Assembly: GCA_963751035.1 (NCBI GenBank)
Contig: CAVVSW010000005.1
Span: 708,784 to 772,783 of the forward strand
Length of the DNA: 64,000 bases
From: an uncultured Actinomycetota bacterium
Lineage (GTDB): Bacteria > Actinomycetota > Actinomycetes > JACCUZ01
Direction of reading: 5' to 3'
The position numbers and the translations under genes are program-made. The notes under the pieces were generated by a model. That model did not search any database. It was given only the letters and a program-made list of their open reading frames with translations, and was not told where the DNA came from. Below, one piece after another: positions 49,314-59,577 of the stretch (position 1 is the first letter of the stretch; each line of letters begins with the position of its first letter).

Positions 49314-49811
49314 CTAGGTGGCGAGCACCCCGGCCACCCACACGAGGACCGCGAGCAGCCCCGCGGTGAACTCGATCAGCACGCCGAACCCGATCCCGAC
49401 GACGACCGCGCGGGTCGAGCGCCAGGCGCTCCCCGCGTCACCGAGCCGGCTCAGCTCGGCCAGGAACACCGCGCCGACCCCGCCGATGACCAGGCCGACG
49501 ACCGGGATGACGAAGAAGCCGACCACGGCCCCGATCGAGCCGATCAGCACCGTGGACCGCGGGGCGCCGGTGCTCCGCGCCGAGCGGGCCGGCAGGACGT
49601 ACTTCGCGACGGTTCCGGCGAGCAGGAGGGCGACCATGGTGGCGAACACTGTCCAGCGCGCAGCACCCCCGCCGTCGAGCCCGGCCCAGGCGAGCCCGGC
49701 CAGCCCGATGAGCAGAAGCCCCGGCAGCACCGGCAACAGGACTCCGACCAGGCCGATCAGCATGACGATCAGGAGGAGCAGTTCCGCTGCCGCGGGCAGA
49801 CTCGAGGACAT
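49314..49811 (-). CDS. DUF456 family membrane protein
   Basis: 165 aa with 4 TM helices. The pattern LIGLVGVLLPVLPGLLLI .. GxxGAxxGFF is typical of DUF456. Confidence 0.7.
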   Translation of the reverse strand: MSSSLPAAAELLLLIVMLIGLVGVLLPVLPGLLLIGLAGLAWAGLDGGGAARWTVFATMVALLLAGTVAKYVLPARSARSTGAPRSTVLIGSIGAVVGFFVIPVVGLVIGGVGAVFLAELSRLGDAGSAWRSTRAVVVGIGFGVLIEFTAGLLAVLVWVAGVLAT

Positions 49812-49895
49812 GGGCGGGATTAGACCATCCCCGCCTGGCACGATGACGGCGACAAAGCAGGATGACGCCTACGGCGACGAAGCGAGGGACGGGCC

Positions 49896-51363
49896 ATGAC
49901 CGAGCACCCAGACCGGACCCAGGTGCTGGAGCGCGTGCCGACCGGGGTGTTCATCGGCGGGCAGTGGCGCGACGCGACCGGTGGTGGAACGTTCGCCGTC
50001 GAGGACCCCGCGACCCAGAAGACGCTGACCGAGGTCGCCGACGGTCAGCCCGAGGACGCCACCGCCGCGCTGGACGCAGCAGTCGAGGCCGCGCCGGGGG
50101 TGGGCCGCGACCCCGCCGCGGGAGCGCGGCGAGATCCTGCGGCGCGCGTGGTCGCTGCTCGGGGAGCACACCGACGAGCTCGCGCTGCTGATGACGCTGG
50201 AGATGGGCAAGAGCGTCACCGAGTCGAAGGCGGAGGTCGCCTACGGCGCGGAGTTCTTCCGCTGGTTCTCGGAGCAGGCCGTGCGCATCGAGGGCCGGTT
50301 CAGCCGCGCCCCCGCGACGTCCGAGCGCTTGCTGACGATGAAGCAGCCCGTCGGCCCGTGCCTGCTCATCACGCCGTGGAACTTCCCCCTCGCGATGGGC
50401 ACCCGCAAGATCGGCCCGGCGATCGCGGCCGGCTGCACGATGGTGCTCAAGCCGGCGCAGCTCACGCCGCTGACGTCGCTGCGGCTGGCCGAGCTGCTCG
50501 CCGAGGCGGGCCTGCCGGACGGGGTGCTCAACGTCGTACCGAGCTCGTCAGCGGGCAAGACCGTGGGACCGCTGATGAGCGACCCACGGCTGCGCAAGAT
50601 GTCGTTCACCGGCTCGACCGAGGTCGGGCAGACCTTGATGGAGCAGGCGGCCGAGAACCTGCTGCGGATCTCGATGGAGCTCGGCGGCAACGCGCCCTTC
50701 ATCGTGTTCGCCGACGCCGACATGGACGCGGCCATCGAGGGCGCGCTGATCGCCAAGATGCGCAACAACGGTGAGTCCTGCGTCGCGGCCAACAGGTTCC
50801 ACGTCGAGGCCAGCGTCGCTGAGGAGTTCTCCCGTCGGCTGGCCGACCGGATGGGTGCGTTGAAGGTCGGTCACGGCGCCGACGAGGGCGTGCAGGTCGG
50901 ACCCCTCATCAACGAGGAGCAGCTCGGCAAGGTCGAGGAGCTGGTGTCCGACGCGATCGACCGCGGCGCGAAGGCGCTCACCGGCGGCTCGCGGGTCGAC
51001 GGGCCGGGCTACTTCTACGCGCCGACGGTGCTCACCGGCGTCGAGGCGCCGGCCAGGATCCTGCGCGAGGAGGTGTTCGGCCCGGTCGCGCCGGTGACGA
51101 CGTTCGACTCCGAGGAGGAGGCGCTCGACCAGGCGAACGCGACCGAGTTCGGCCTGGTCGGGTACGTGTTCACCAACGACCTGCGTCGCGGACTGCGCTT
51201 CGTCGAAGGCATCGAGACCGGCATGGTGGGGCTGAACCGCGGGCTGGTGTCCAACGCCGCAGCGCCGTTCGGCGGCATCAAGCACTCCGGCTTCGGCCGC
51301 GAGGGCGGGACCGAGGGGATCGAGGAGTACCTCGACACCAAGTACGTCGCCATCGACATGTAG
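49896..51363 (+). pseudogene. gabD: NAD(P)-dependent succinate-semialdehyde dehydrogenase, frameshifted as sequenced (+1 nt in the G5 run 50096-50100)
   Basis: The join reads ..AAVEAAPG/WAATPPRERGEILRRAW. Downstream are ITPWNFP, ELGGNAP and GESCVAANR. Length is 1468 nt (3n+1). Confidence 0.9.
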
Positions 51364-51383
51364 GCCGGTGAGCGGGGTGCGCG

Positions 51384-51656
51384 CTAGGGGAACGGCGGGT
51401 CGTCCAGGCCGCGGAACTCGCAGAGCTTGTCGGTGTAGACGGTGATCTGGATGTGACCGCTCTGCCCGCCGATGACGATGCGCGCCCGGCGGGCGATGTG
51501 CGCGGCCAACAGAGACCCTGGCTGTTGCGGCTCGAGGCGACCGACCCAGGTTTCCTCGCCGCTGTCGTCGACGTGCGAGATCGCCCATACGGTCACCGGT
51601 ACCTCCCCGTCACTGCCCTCGACCAAGACGGCAGCAGGACCTCCATAGGCCCCCAC
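51384..51656 (-). CDS. Small hypothetical protein (about 80-90 aa)
   Basis: The C-terminal part of track ORF 51384..52145 has a protein-like sequence (EVPVTVWAISHVDDSGEETWVGRLEPQQ..IQITVYTDKLCEF). The start is GTG 51656 or TTG 51626. The rest of the ORF is antisense to the next gene. Confidence 0.35.
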   Translation of the reverse strand: MGAYGGPAAVLVEGSDGEVPVTVWAISHVDDSGEETWVGRLEPQQPGSLLAAHIARRARIVIGGQSGHIQITVYTDKLCEFRGLDDPPFP

Positions 51657-51698
51657 ATGACGATCGTTGCACGCACCAGGGTGTGGCAGGGTGAAGCC

Positions 51699-52265
51699 GT
51701 GAGCACTTTGCTGGAGCAGTACGAGCACGCGCTCAAGGAGTTCGGCCGCCGGGTCGAGCAGGTCGGTGACGACCAGTGGGGCAACCCCACGCCGTGCACG
51801 GACTGGGATGTGCGCGCCCTGGTCGCGCACGTCGTCGACGAGCAGCGCTGGGCGCCCTACCTGCTGGGCGGCGGCACCGTCGCGGATGCCGGTGACCGGT
51901 TCGCCGACGACCCGCTCGGCGATGACGCCAAGGCGGCCTGGCGCGAGGCGAGCGAGGCCGCTCAGGCCGCGTTCGAGGCCGACGGTGCGCTCGACAAGCC
52001 GGTGTCGGTGTCCTCCGGCGAGACCAGCGCGCGTGACTACCTCTGGCAGATGACCGTGGACGCCGCCGTACACGCGTGGGACCTCGCGCGCGGCATCGGG
52101 GCCGACGACCAGCTCGACCACGAGCTGGTGCGACGCATCCATCACGAGTCCGACAAGGACGTCGACGAGCTGGCGGCGAGCGGGGTCTACGGGGAGCCGG
52201 TCAGCGTGCCGGCCGGCGCCGACCTGCAGACCCGCATGCTCGGGCTCTTCGGCCGCCGCGCCTGA
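51699..52265 (+). CDS. TIGR03086-type / DinB-like (mycothiol maleylpyruvate isomerase N-terminal domain) metal-binding protein
   Basis: 188 aa from the GTG at 51699, with WGNPTPCTDWDVRALVAHVVDEQRW and VDAAVHAWDLARG. Confidence 0.75.
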   Translation: MSTLLEQYEHALKEFGRRVEQVGDDQWGNPTPCTDWDVRALVAHVVDEQRWAPYLLGGGTVADAGDRFADDPLGDDAKAAWREASEAAQAAFEADGALDKPVSVSSGETSARDYLWQMTVDAAVHAWDLARGIGADDQLDHELVRRIHHESDKDVDELAASGVYGEPVSVPAGADLQTRMLGLFGRRA

Positions 52266-52266
52266 G

Positions 52267-53184
52267 TCACTGGCCGGACGGGCCGCGGGCCGCGTCGATC
52301 AGCCCCCGCAGCCATCGCGGACCGGCGGCGGCCGCCCCGAGCGATTCGCAGCGCGCCCGCAGCTCCCGGTCAGCGGTGACCACGACGACCGGACCGTCTC
52401 CTGCAGCTGCCACGGCGGCAACGATCGCGTCGTCTCCTTCGCCCGGTGCGGCCAGCACGCGCACGCGCTCGTCGGCTGGTTCGCCGTCGGCAGCGGGGCG
52501 GGCCGCGCCTTCGACGACAACAACGGCCCGCGGCCACCAGCGCTGCAGCGGAGGGCGGGCCAACGTCTCCGGCAGAGCCGCGTCCGCGACGCCGGCTGAG
52601 CACAGCGCCGCGACGTCGTCGACCAGCCGGCGGGCCGCACCCGCGCGGTCCTTCCACCAGCCGTCGGGGCGCGAACCGACCACGTTGGCCGCGTCGACCA
52701 CGACGGTCAGGGGCGTGAGAGCGGTGCGCACAACCGGCCAGGTCTCGGCGAAGCCCGGGTGCAGCACCGGCAGGCTGCCGACCCGGCACCACCGCACCTC
52801 GACGGTCTCCGCACTGGTGGGTCGCGCCCCGGCGTCGCCGACCTCGGCGGCCACCACCGTGCAGTAGGACCAGCCGCCGTGGTCGTCGTCGTACTCGCCG
52901 CTGACCAGCGCCGCGTCCGGGTGCACGCCGGCCTCCTCCGCTGCTTCGCGCAGGGCGGTCGCGACGGGCGCCTCGTCGCTGTGCCGCGCGCCGCCCAGCA
53001 GACCCCACGTGCCGCCGTGGTGGCTCCACTCGGCTCGGTGCTGCAGCAACACCTCGGTCTCGCCGTCGGGCGCGATGCGATGCAGCAGCAGCCCGGCTGC
53101 GCCGAACCGCCCCCAGTGCCGATGCCCCTGGGCGCACTCGACCCAGCCGTCGCCGTCGTGGTGTGCCGCGCCCGGACCCGTCAC
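52267..53184 (-). CDS. NUDIX hydrolase fused to a C-terminal NYN/PIN-like domain
   Basis: Nudix box GGARHSDEAPVATALREAAEEAG. The C-terminal half reads VVVDAANVVGSRPDGWWKDRAGA..VVVTADRELR. Confidence 0.8.
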   Translation of the reverse strand: MTGPGAAHHDGDGWVECAQGHRHWGRFGAAGLLLHRIAPDGETEVLLQHRAEWSHHGGTWGLLGGARHSDEAPVATALREAAEEAGVHPDAALVSGEYDDDHGGWSYCTVVAAEVGDAGARPTSAETVEVRWCRVGSLPVLHPGFAETWPVVRTALTPLTVVVDAANVVGSRPDGWWKDRAGAARRLVDDVAALCSAGVADAALPETLARPPLQRWWPRAVVVVEGAARPAADGEPADERVRVLAAPGEGDDAIVAAVAAAGDGPVVVVTADRELRARCESLGAAAAGPRWLRGLIDAARGPSGQ

Positions 53185-53194
53185 ACGGGCGAGC

Positions 53195-54215
53195 CTACGA
53201 GCCGCGCACCTCGGCCTGACGCGCGTTGATCCAGTCGTCGATCGTGGCCCACCACGCGAACAGCCAGTCGATGCGCGCCTCCCGGTCGGGCGGCACCTCG
53301 TCGGCGGGCACGATCCACCACCGCATCTCGATCTCCCGGTCCATCGGCAGCTCGCGCCACACGTCCAGCACCGTCGTCATGTGCTCGACACCGGTGTGCG
53401 CGACGAACACGACGTCGGCGTCCCGTGCGTTGGTCAGCGCGGCCAGCACCCCGCCCGGCTTCGGTGCCATCACGTGCCGCAGCCGCTCCGCCTTCTCGGC
53501 CTCGTCGATCAGGCCCTTGCGGCGCAGCCGCTCGATCGCCCGCTTGCGCCGGTGCACGGTGAAGTTGCCGCCCTCGGGGAAGATCACGAACGCGTCGTTC
53601 TCGTCCAGGTTGCGGCTGAGCTCGCCCACCTGCCGCTCCACCGCGTCACCCGCGCGGCCCGGGTCGGGCCGGATGAAGCGGTTCGGCAGCCGGTTGAGCA
53701 AGACGTCGATGGCCGGGTCCCACTGCAGCGTGTCCTTCAGCACGATGCGCGGCTCCCGGGCGTACCAGTTGATCAGCGCGTGCACCACGAGGAACGAGTC
53801 GCCCGGCCCCGCGTGCCGCGACAGGATGAGCAACGGCTTCCCGTCGTACGACGTGGGAGGTGGCCCCTCCACCGCGACCCGCACGTGCAGGACCCGGCGG
53901 CACTCCCAGTAGAGGATCTGCAGGTACCACCGCACGATCGCGTAGTGCGCCAGCTGGAACCGCGGTGAGCGGATCTTCCAGCCGAAGCCGCTCGCGACCC
54001 ACAACGCGAACAGCACCACCAGTCCGGCGGCCTCGAGGAACAGGTAGAGCAGCGCCATCCAAGTGAGCCGCAAGCGCGCGCCACCGGCCGGGCAGGACCG
54101 TCGACAGACCGGCGGCGATCAGCAGGACGACCGGCAGCGTTGTCAGCGCCAGGACCGTCAGGAAGACGAGGGCCGGCGCGAGGACGAGCCGCCGGATCAG
54201 CACGGGAGGCAGCAC
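53195..54215 (-). pseudogene. Lysophospholipid (1-acyl-sn-glycerol-3-phosphate) acyltransferase, frameshifted as sequenced (+1 nt near 54070-54080)
   Basis: The N-terminal TM segment is in ORF 53646..54215 and the remainder in ORF 53195..54073. Motifs are SRHAGPGDS (HX4D-type) and FPEGGNFT. Length is 1021 nt (3n+1). Confidence 0.8.
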
Positions 54216-54217
54216 GG

Positions 54218-55070
54218 TCAGCCCTCCGCCGGGGCGGCGTCTCGCAGGTAGTCCGCGGTCGCCGCGTGGGCCTGCTCGATGCGTCCCTGCACCCGGCTGA
54301 AGTCGCGGTAGCGCAGCGCGGACAGGTCGGCGTAGCGCGGCGGGTCGACCTCGCCGGTCGGCAGCACGTGCACGGTCACGGTGTCGGGCAGGTTGGCCAT
54401 GTCACCCGCGAACCGGTGGCGACGGGCAACCTCGAAAGCGACCATGGCGACCTCCCACGGCCGGGTCGGCGCCTCGAGCGGCCGCTCGATCCGGCCGACC
54501 TGCAGCACGTAGATGGTCCGGGCACCGAGGGCCACGGCCCGGCCCACCGGGATCGAGTTGACCAGCCCGCCGTCGAGGAAGTGCTCGTCGCCGATCGCGA
54601 CCGGCGGCAGGATGCCCGGGACCGCGGCGCTGGCCAGGACCGCGTCGACGAGCGGCCCGCGCTCGAACCAGTGCTCGGCGGCCCGCTCGATGCTGGCCGC
54701 GACGCACTGGAACGGCACGACGAGGTCCTCGACCTGCGTGTCGCCGAACTGCTCGGTGAGCATGGCGCGCAGCGGCTCGTTGGGGTGCGCGTGGGTGCGG
54801 GTGCGGGCCAGGTGCCGGACCCGGCGCAGCGTCGAGCCGGAGTAGATGTCCGAGTCGGACAGGCCCTGCCACATCTCGCTGAGCCGGGCGACGGCGTCCA
54901 GCGTCGGTGACGGCCGCGACCGCGGCTCCGTTGATGGCTCCGACGGAGGTGCCGACGACCAGGTCAGGGGTGATGTCCGCCTCGAGCAGGGCCTGCAGCA
55001 TGCCGACCTCGTTGGACCCCAGCAGCCCACCGCCCCCGAGGACGAACGCCGTCTCCACGCTGCCCGCCAC
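54218..55070 (-). pseudogene. Patatin-like phospholipase, frameshifted as sequenced (+1 nt near 54904-54915)
   Basis: GGGGLLG and GTSVGAING lie in ORF 54402..55070. FLDGGLVNSIP (DGG) lies in ORF 54218..55078. Length is 853 nt (3n+1). Confidence 0.8.
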
Positions 55071-55082
55071 GCGGGCATCGTC

Positions 55083-56366
55083 TCAGGTCTCGCCGGCGGC
55101 CATGTCCAGCAGACGGTCCAGGACCCGAGCGTCGCTGCGCAGCCCGTCGTGCGCGAACTCGCTGGTGACCCACCAGCGCAGGTTGCCCACCCGCTTCGCG
55201 GTCTCGAGCGAGTAGGCGTACTCGACGTACATGTCGTCGTGGTAGATCGCGGCCGCGACCGGGACGGTGTTGGCGGCGAGCCGGTCCACGTCGTAGAGCG
55301 CCGGCCACCCGTCGTACGCCGCGAGCAGCTCGGCTGCGTCCTTCAGCGGCGCGAGGGTGCGGTCGGCCTCGAACATCCAGGGGTAGATCATCTCGCCGGT
55401 CGGCAGCAACGGCCGCGCGTCGGGAGCGAACTCCGGGAGCGTTTCGCGGACCCGCTGCGCCGACCACCGCGACGCCTCGCCCTGGCAGTAGATCGACTCG
55501 TGCAGCAGGGCGTAGAGCGGGGCCTCGACGAACGACGTCGTGCTCTCGACCGCGACGAGGAACTCGTCGGACAGCTCTCCCGACATGCCCTGGCCGGAAA
55601 ACGCCGACTCCAGCAGGTAGTGCAGCTTCTCGAACCCGTCACTCATGCCGAGTGCGTCGCCGAGCTGCTGCAGCCGCTCGACCGGGAGCGGGTCACCAGA
55701 GGGGAGCCGAACGGCGTTCGCGGTCAGGTGGTCCGCCACGGCGTGCCACCGGGCGATGTCGCCGGGGTAGCGGTCGAAGAACCGCGCGCCGCGGTCGCGC
55801 ACGCGTTCGTACGTCGCTGCGTAGACCTCGTCCGGTCCGCGGTCCAGCGGGGGCAGCCCACCCGTGACCAGGACCTCCTTGCACCCCTCCGGCGCGAGCG
55901 ACAGGTAGGTCATGGCGCAGAAGCCGCCGTAGCTCTGCCCGAGGACCGTCCATGGAGCCGCACCCACGAGCGCCGCCCGCAGCGCCTCCGCGTCGCGCAC
56001 GATCGAGTCGGCCCGGAAGTGCGTGAGGTAGTCGGCCTGCTCCTGCGCCGAGCCGAGCCGGGCGAGCGTCTGCCGGGTGGCCGGTGTCGACCGGCCGGTG
56101 CCGCGCTGGTCCAGCAGCAGCACGCGGTGGTCCTGCAGCGCGCGGCCCAGCCAGCCGGACCGCCCGGTCGGGCGCGGAGACCGGCCACCCGGGCCGCCCT
56201 GCAGGTAGAGCAGCCACGGCAGGTCCTGGTCGCGCTTGCGCGGGGCGACCACCTCGCGGGCGAACACGGTGATCGTCGCCCCGTCGGGCGCGGCGTGGTC
56301 GAGCGGCACGACGAACTCGTGGTCGGTGAGCAGCAGGCCGGGCAGCCGGTGCGAGGCGATGCGCAT
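55083..56366 (-). CDS. Alpha/beta hydrolase, prolyl aminopeptidase (S33)-like
   Basis: 427 aa with LYLQGGPGG, LLDQRGTGRS and the nucleophile elbow GQSYGG. Confidence 0.85.
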   Translation of the reverse strand: MRIASHRLPGLLLTDHEFVVPLDHAAPDGATITVFAREVVAPRKRDQDLPWLLYLQGGPGGRSPRPTGRSGWLGRALQDHRVLLLDQRGTGRSTPATRQTLARLGSAQEQADYLTHFRADSIVRDAEALRAALVGAAPWTVLGQSYGGFCAMTYLSLAPEGCKEVLVTGGLPPLDRGPDEVYAATYERVRDRGARFFDRYPGDIARWHAVADHLTANAVRLPSGDPLPVERLQQLGDALGMSDGFEKLHYLLESAFSGQGMSGELSDEFLVAVESTTSFVEAPLYALLHESIYCQGEASRWSAQRVRETLPEFAPDARPLLPTGEMIYPWMFEADRTLAPLKDAAELLAAYDGWPALYDVDRLAANTVPVAAAIYHDDMYVEYAYSLETAKRVGNLRWWVTSEFAHDGLRSDARVLDRLLDMAAGET

Positions 56367-56402
56367 CTGCTGACGCTAACCCGCAGTGCCAGACTGCCGC
56401 TC

Positions 56403-57428
56403 ATGCTGCCCTGGACAGGCGAGCTCGCCGGCCGCCTCGATGTCGACCTCATCTCCTCCGAGCTGCTCCGCGACAACCCGCTCGGTGATCCCAGCGATCG
56501 ACCGTTGTGGGTCTACGTGCCGCCCGGCTACGACGACTCGGACGAGCGCTACCCCGCGGTCTACGTGATCCAGGGCTACACCGGGCACGTCGGCATGTGG
56601 GGCAACCGCACGGCGTACCGGCAGCCCTTCGTCGAGACCGCGGACGCGGTGTTCGCGTCGGGGGAGGCGCCGCCGTGCATCGTCGTCTACGTCGACGCGT
56701 GGACGGCGTACGGCGGGTCACAGTTCGTCGACTCGCCCGGCACCGGCCGCTACCACTCCTACCTCTGCGACGAGGTGGTGCCGTGGGTGGACGCGCGCTA
56801 CCGCACGCTGGCCGCTCCCGAGTCGCGGGCGATCAGCGGCAAGTCCAGTGGCGGCTTCGGCGCGATGATCACCCCGATGCTGCGGCCCGACCTGTTCGGC
56901 GCTCTCGCCACGCATGCGGGGGACGCGTTGTACGAGCTGAGCTACGTGCCCGAGTTCGGCAAGGCGGTCCGGTTCCTGCGCGACTACGACGGCGACATCT
57001 TCCGGTGGTGGGACGACTTCCGCTCGCGCACGGCCTTCACCAAGGAGTGCGACAGCGAGCTGCTCATCACCCTCGGCTGCTCGGCGGCGTTCTCGGCGCG
57101 CGACGACGGCACTCCGGAGCTGCCCTTCGACCCGAGGTCGGGCGAGCTGCGGGCCGAGGTGTGGGACCGGTGGCTGGCGTGGGACCCGGTGCAGATGGTG
57201 GACGCGTACGCCGAGGCGCTGCGCGGGCTGCGGGCCGTCTGGATCGACGCCGGGACGCGGGACGAGTGGTTCCTCGACCTGGGCGCCCAGGCGTTCCGGG
57301 ACGGCCTGGCCCGCATCGGCGTACCGGGCGACCGGATCCACTTCGAGCTCTTCGAGGGCACCCACATGGCGATCGACTACCGCTACCCGATGGCGCTGGC
57401 CTGGCTGGCCCACCGGTTGTCCCGCTGA
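56403..57428 (+). CDS. Esterase family protein (enterochelin esterase / esterase D-like)
   Basis: 341 aa with YPAVYVIQGYTG and GKSSGGFGA. The long track ORF 54846..57428 is mostly antisense to pip and patatin. Confidence 0.8.
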   Translation: MLPWTGELAGRLDVDLISSELLRDNPLGDPSDRPLWVYVPPGYDDSDERYPAVYVIQGYTGHVGMWGNRTAYRQPFVETADAVFASGEAPPCIVVYVDAWTAYGGSQFVDSPGTGRYHSYLCDEVVPWVDARYRTLAAPESRAISGKSSGGFGAMITPMLRPDLFGALATHAGDALYELSYVPEFGKAVRFLRDYDGDIFRWWDDFRSRTAFTKECDSELLITLGCSAAFSARDDGTPELPFDPRSGELRAEVWDRWLAWDPVQMVDAYAEALRGLRAVWIDAGTRDEWFLDLGAQAFRDGLARIGVPGDRIHFELFEGTHMAIDYRYPMALAWLAHRLSR

Positions 57429-57488
57429 GCGGGCAGGCGTTCCGGTAGCGTCACAACGGCGCGCACCGCGCGATCCGAGGAGGACGGC

Positions 57489-57893
57489 ATGGCGATCCTG
57501 GTGGGCTACGTACCCCGCGCCGAGGGCCGGGCCGCTCTGCGCCGCGGTGCCGAGGAGGCGCGGCTGCGCCGCACGAAGCTCGTGGTGATCAACTCCAACC
57601 GGGGTGGCACCCATCTCGACGACAAGGAAGCGGCCCAGCACGAGCAGGAGCTGGCCGAGGTCCGCGCCGAGCTGGACAAGGAGGGCATCGAGCACGAGGT
57701 CCGCCAGCTGGTCCGCGGCAACGAGCCCGCCGACGACCTGATCGCCGTGGCCGAGGAGATCGGGGCCGACTTCATCGTCATCGGGCTCCGCCGCCGGACG
57801 CCGGTCGGGAAGCTGATCATGGGCAGCAACGCCCAGCGGATCCTGCTGGAGGCACCCTGCCCCGTGCTTGCCGTCAAGGCCGAGGAGGACTGA
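57489..57893 (+). CDS. Universal stress protein (UspA family)
   Basis: 134 aa with ADFIVIGLRRRTPVGKLIMGSNAQRILLEAPCPVLAV. Confidence 0.85.
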   Translation: MAILVGYVPRAEGRAALRRGAEEARLRRTKLVVINSNRGGTHLDDKEAAQHEQELAEVRAELDKEGIEHEVRQLVRGNEPADDLIAVAEEIGADFIVIGLRRRTPVGKLIMGSNAQRILLEAPCPVLAVKAEED

Positions 57894-57927
57894 GCCCTCC
57901 GGTGAGCGACCGACTGGGTGATCGGGT

Positions 57928-59433
57928 GTGACCCCGCCCGATCAGTTCGAGCAGTCCGACAGCGCGCTGCTCGAGACGCTCGTGCTCGAGGCGCCGGTCG
58001 CCTTCGCGTTCTACGACACCGACCTGCGCTACCGGCGCATCAACCGGATGCTCGCCGACATCAACGGTGTGCCGATGGGCGACCACATCGGCCAGCGCCC
58101 GACCGACGTACTGCCGCCCGCTCTCGGCGCGGCGGTCGAGATGATCCTCACCGAGGTGCTCCGGACCCACAAGGTGATCGCCGACGACGACTTCACCGCC
58201 GTCTCGCCGGTGACCGGCGAGCTCTGCCACTACCAGTCGCAGTGGTTCCCCGCTCGCGACGAGGCGGGCGCTGTGATCGGCGTCGCCGTGCTGGTCACCG
58301 ACGTCACACTGCGGCGGCGGTCCGAGGACGCCCTGCGCCGGAGCCAGGACCGCACCGCCCGGCTGCAGCGGGCGACGTCGGCGCTGGGCGGCGCGCTCAG
58401 CAGCGAGGACGTACGACGGGTGATCACCGAGACGTGCGAGTCGTTCATGCCGGGAGTCGAGGCGCGACTGATCCTGGTCGGCGAGCGCAAGGCGGCCGCT
58501 CCCGATGCGCCGGTCAACGACGGGCCGAAGACTGACGTGGCCAAGGCGCGCGCCGGCAAGGAGACGCTGGCGCTGCCGCTGATGGTGTCGGGTGCGCAGA
58601 TCGGCACCCTGACCTTGCGCTGGCCCGAGGGCAAGCGGGCCGAGCGCGACGACCGGTCCTTCCTGGAGTCGCTGGCGGGCCAGTGCGCCATCGCCCTGGA
58701 GCGGGCCCGGCTCTACGAGCGGCAGCGCTCCACCGCGGCGGCCCTGCAGCTGAGCCTGCTGCCGACCGAGCTGCCGGACGCGCGGGGGATCGAGCTGGCG
58801 GCGCGGTTTCGGCCCGGCGCGGCGGAGGCCGACGTGGGGGGCGACTGGTACGACGCGTTCTCGCTGCCGGACGGCCGGCTGGTCCTCGTGGTGGGCGACG
58901 TGATGGGCAAGGGCGTGATCGCCGCCGCCGGGATGGGCCGGCTGCGCGCGGCGCTGCGGGCGCTGGCCTTCGTCGACCCGCTGCCCGAGGCGGTCCTGCG
59001 TGGCCTGGACCGGGTCTTCTCGGCCACCGAGGAGCCCGACCAGATCGCCACGCTGGTCTACCTGCTGATCAACCCGGCGGCGCGCCGGGTCGCCGTGGGC
59101 GGCGCCGGTCACCTGCCGCTGATCCTGCTGCGGTCGGGCCAGGAGCCGGAGCTGGTGGACGCCGGGTCCGGGTCCACGCCGCTCGGCTGGCCCGAGCCGC
59201 GGGTCCAGCAGACGATGGAGCTCGGGCCGGGGGACATCCTGATGGGGCTCACGGACGGCATCGTGGAACGCCGGGGCTTCGACCTCGACGAGGGGCTCGC
59301 CCAGGTGCTCGCGGCCGCCGCTGAGCCCGCCGAGAGCCTGGACGCGCTGGTCGAGCAGGTCACGACGACCATGCTGGGCCACACGGCGGGTCGCGACGAC
59401 GCCACGCTGCTGGCGGTACGCTTCGTACCGTGA
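57928..59433 (+). CDS. PAS-GAF-PP2C (SpoIIE/RsbU-type) serine phosphatase
   Basis: 501 aa with an N-terminal PAS domain (APVAFAFYDTDLRYRRIN), a middle GAF-like domain, and PP2C motifs GGDWYD and VVGDVMGKG. Confidence 0.85.
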   Translation: MTPPDQFEQSDSALLETLVLEAPVAFAFYDTDLRYRRINRMLADINGVPMGDHIGQRPTDVLPPALGAAVEMILTEVLRTHKVIADDDFTAVSPVTGELCHYQSQWFPARDEAGAVIGVAVLVTDVTLRRRSEDALRRSQDRTARLQRATSALGGALSSEDVRRVITETCESFMPGVEARLILVGERKAAAPDAPVNDGPKTDVAKARAGKETLALPLMVSGAQIGTLTLRWPEGKRAERDDRSFLESLAGQCAIALERARLYERQRSTAAALQLSLLPTELPDARGIELAARFRPGAAEADVGGDWYDAFSLPDGRLVLVVGDVMGKGVIAAAGMGRLRAALRALAFVDPLPEAVLRGLDRVFSATEEPDQIATLVYLLINPAARRVAVGGAGHLPLILLRSGQEPELVDAGSGSTPLGWPEPRVQQTMELGPGDILMGLTDGIVERRGFDLDEGLAQVLAAAAEPAESLDALVEQVTTTMLGHTAGRDDATLLAVRFVP

Positions 59434-59577
59434 CGTCGGGCCAACCCCGGCTCGCCGGAGCGCAGGGATTGTTGCGGCCGTGTCACAATGCTTGAGTAGT
59501 TATGCGGCGCACCGCCGCTCTTCCCAGACCGCCAGCGTTGGGTTTTTGCGCGCCCTCGCCGGAACGAGAGGTAGTAC

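Noticed and set aside
59434-59577. Attempt to assign -35/-10 hexamers for the rpoD promoter (TTGTTG/TTGCGG .. CACAAT/TAGTTA).
   Set aside because: Several alternative hexamer pairs fit equally well. Without a mapped 5' end, any single call would be arbitrary.
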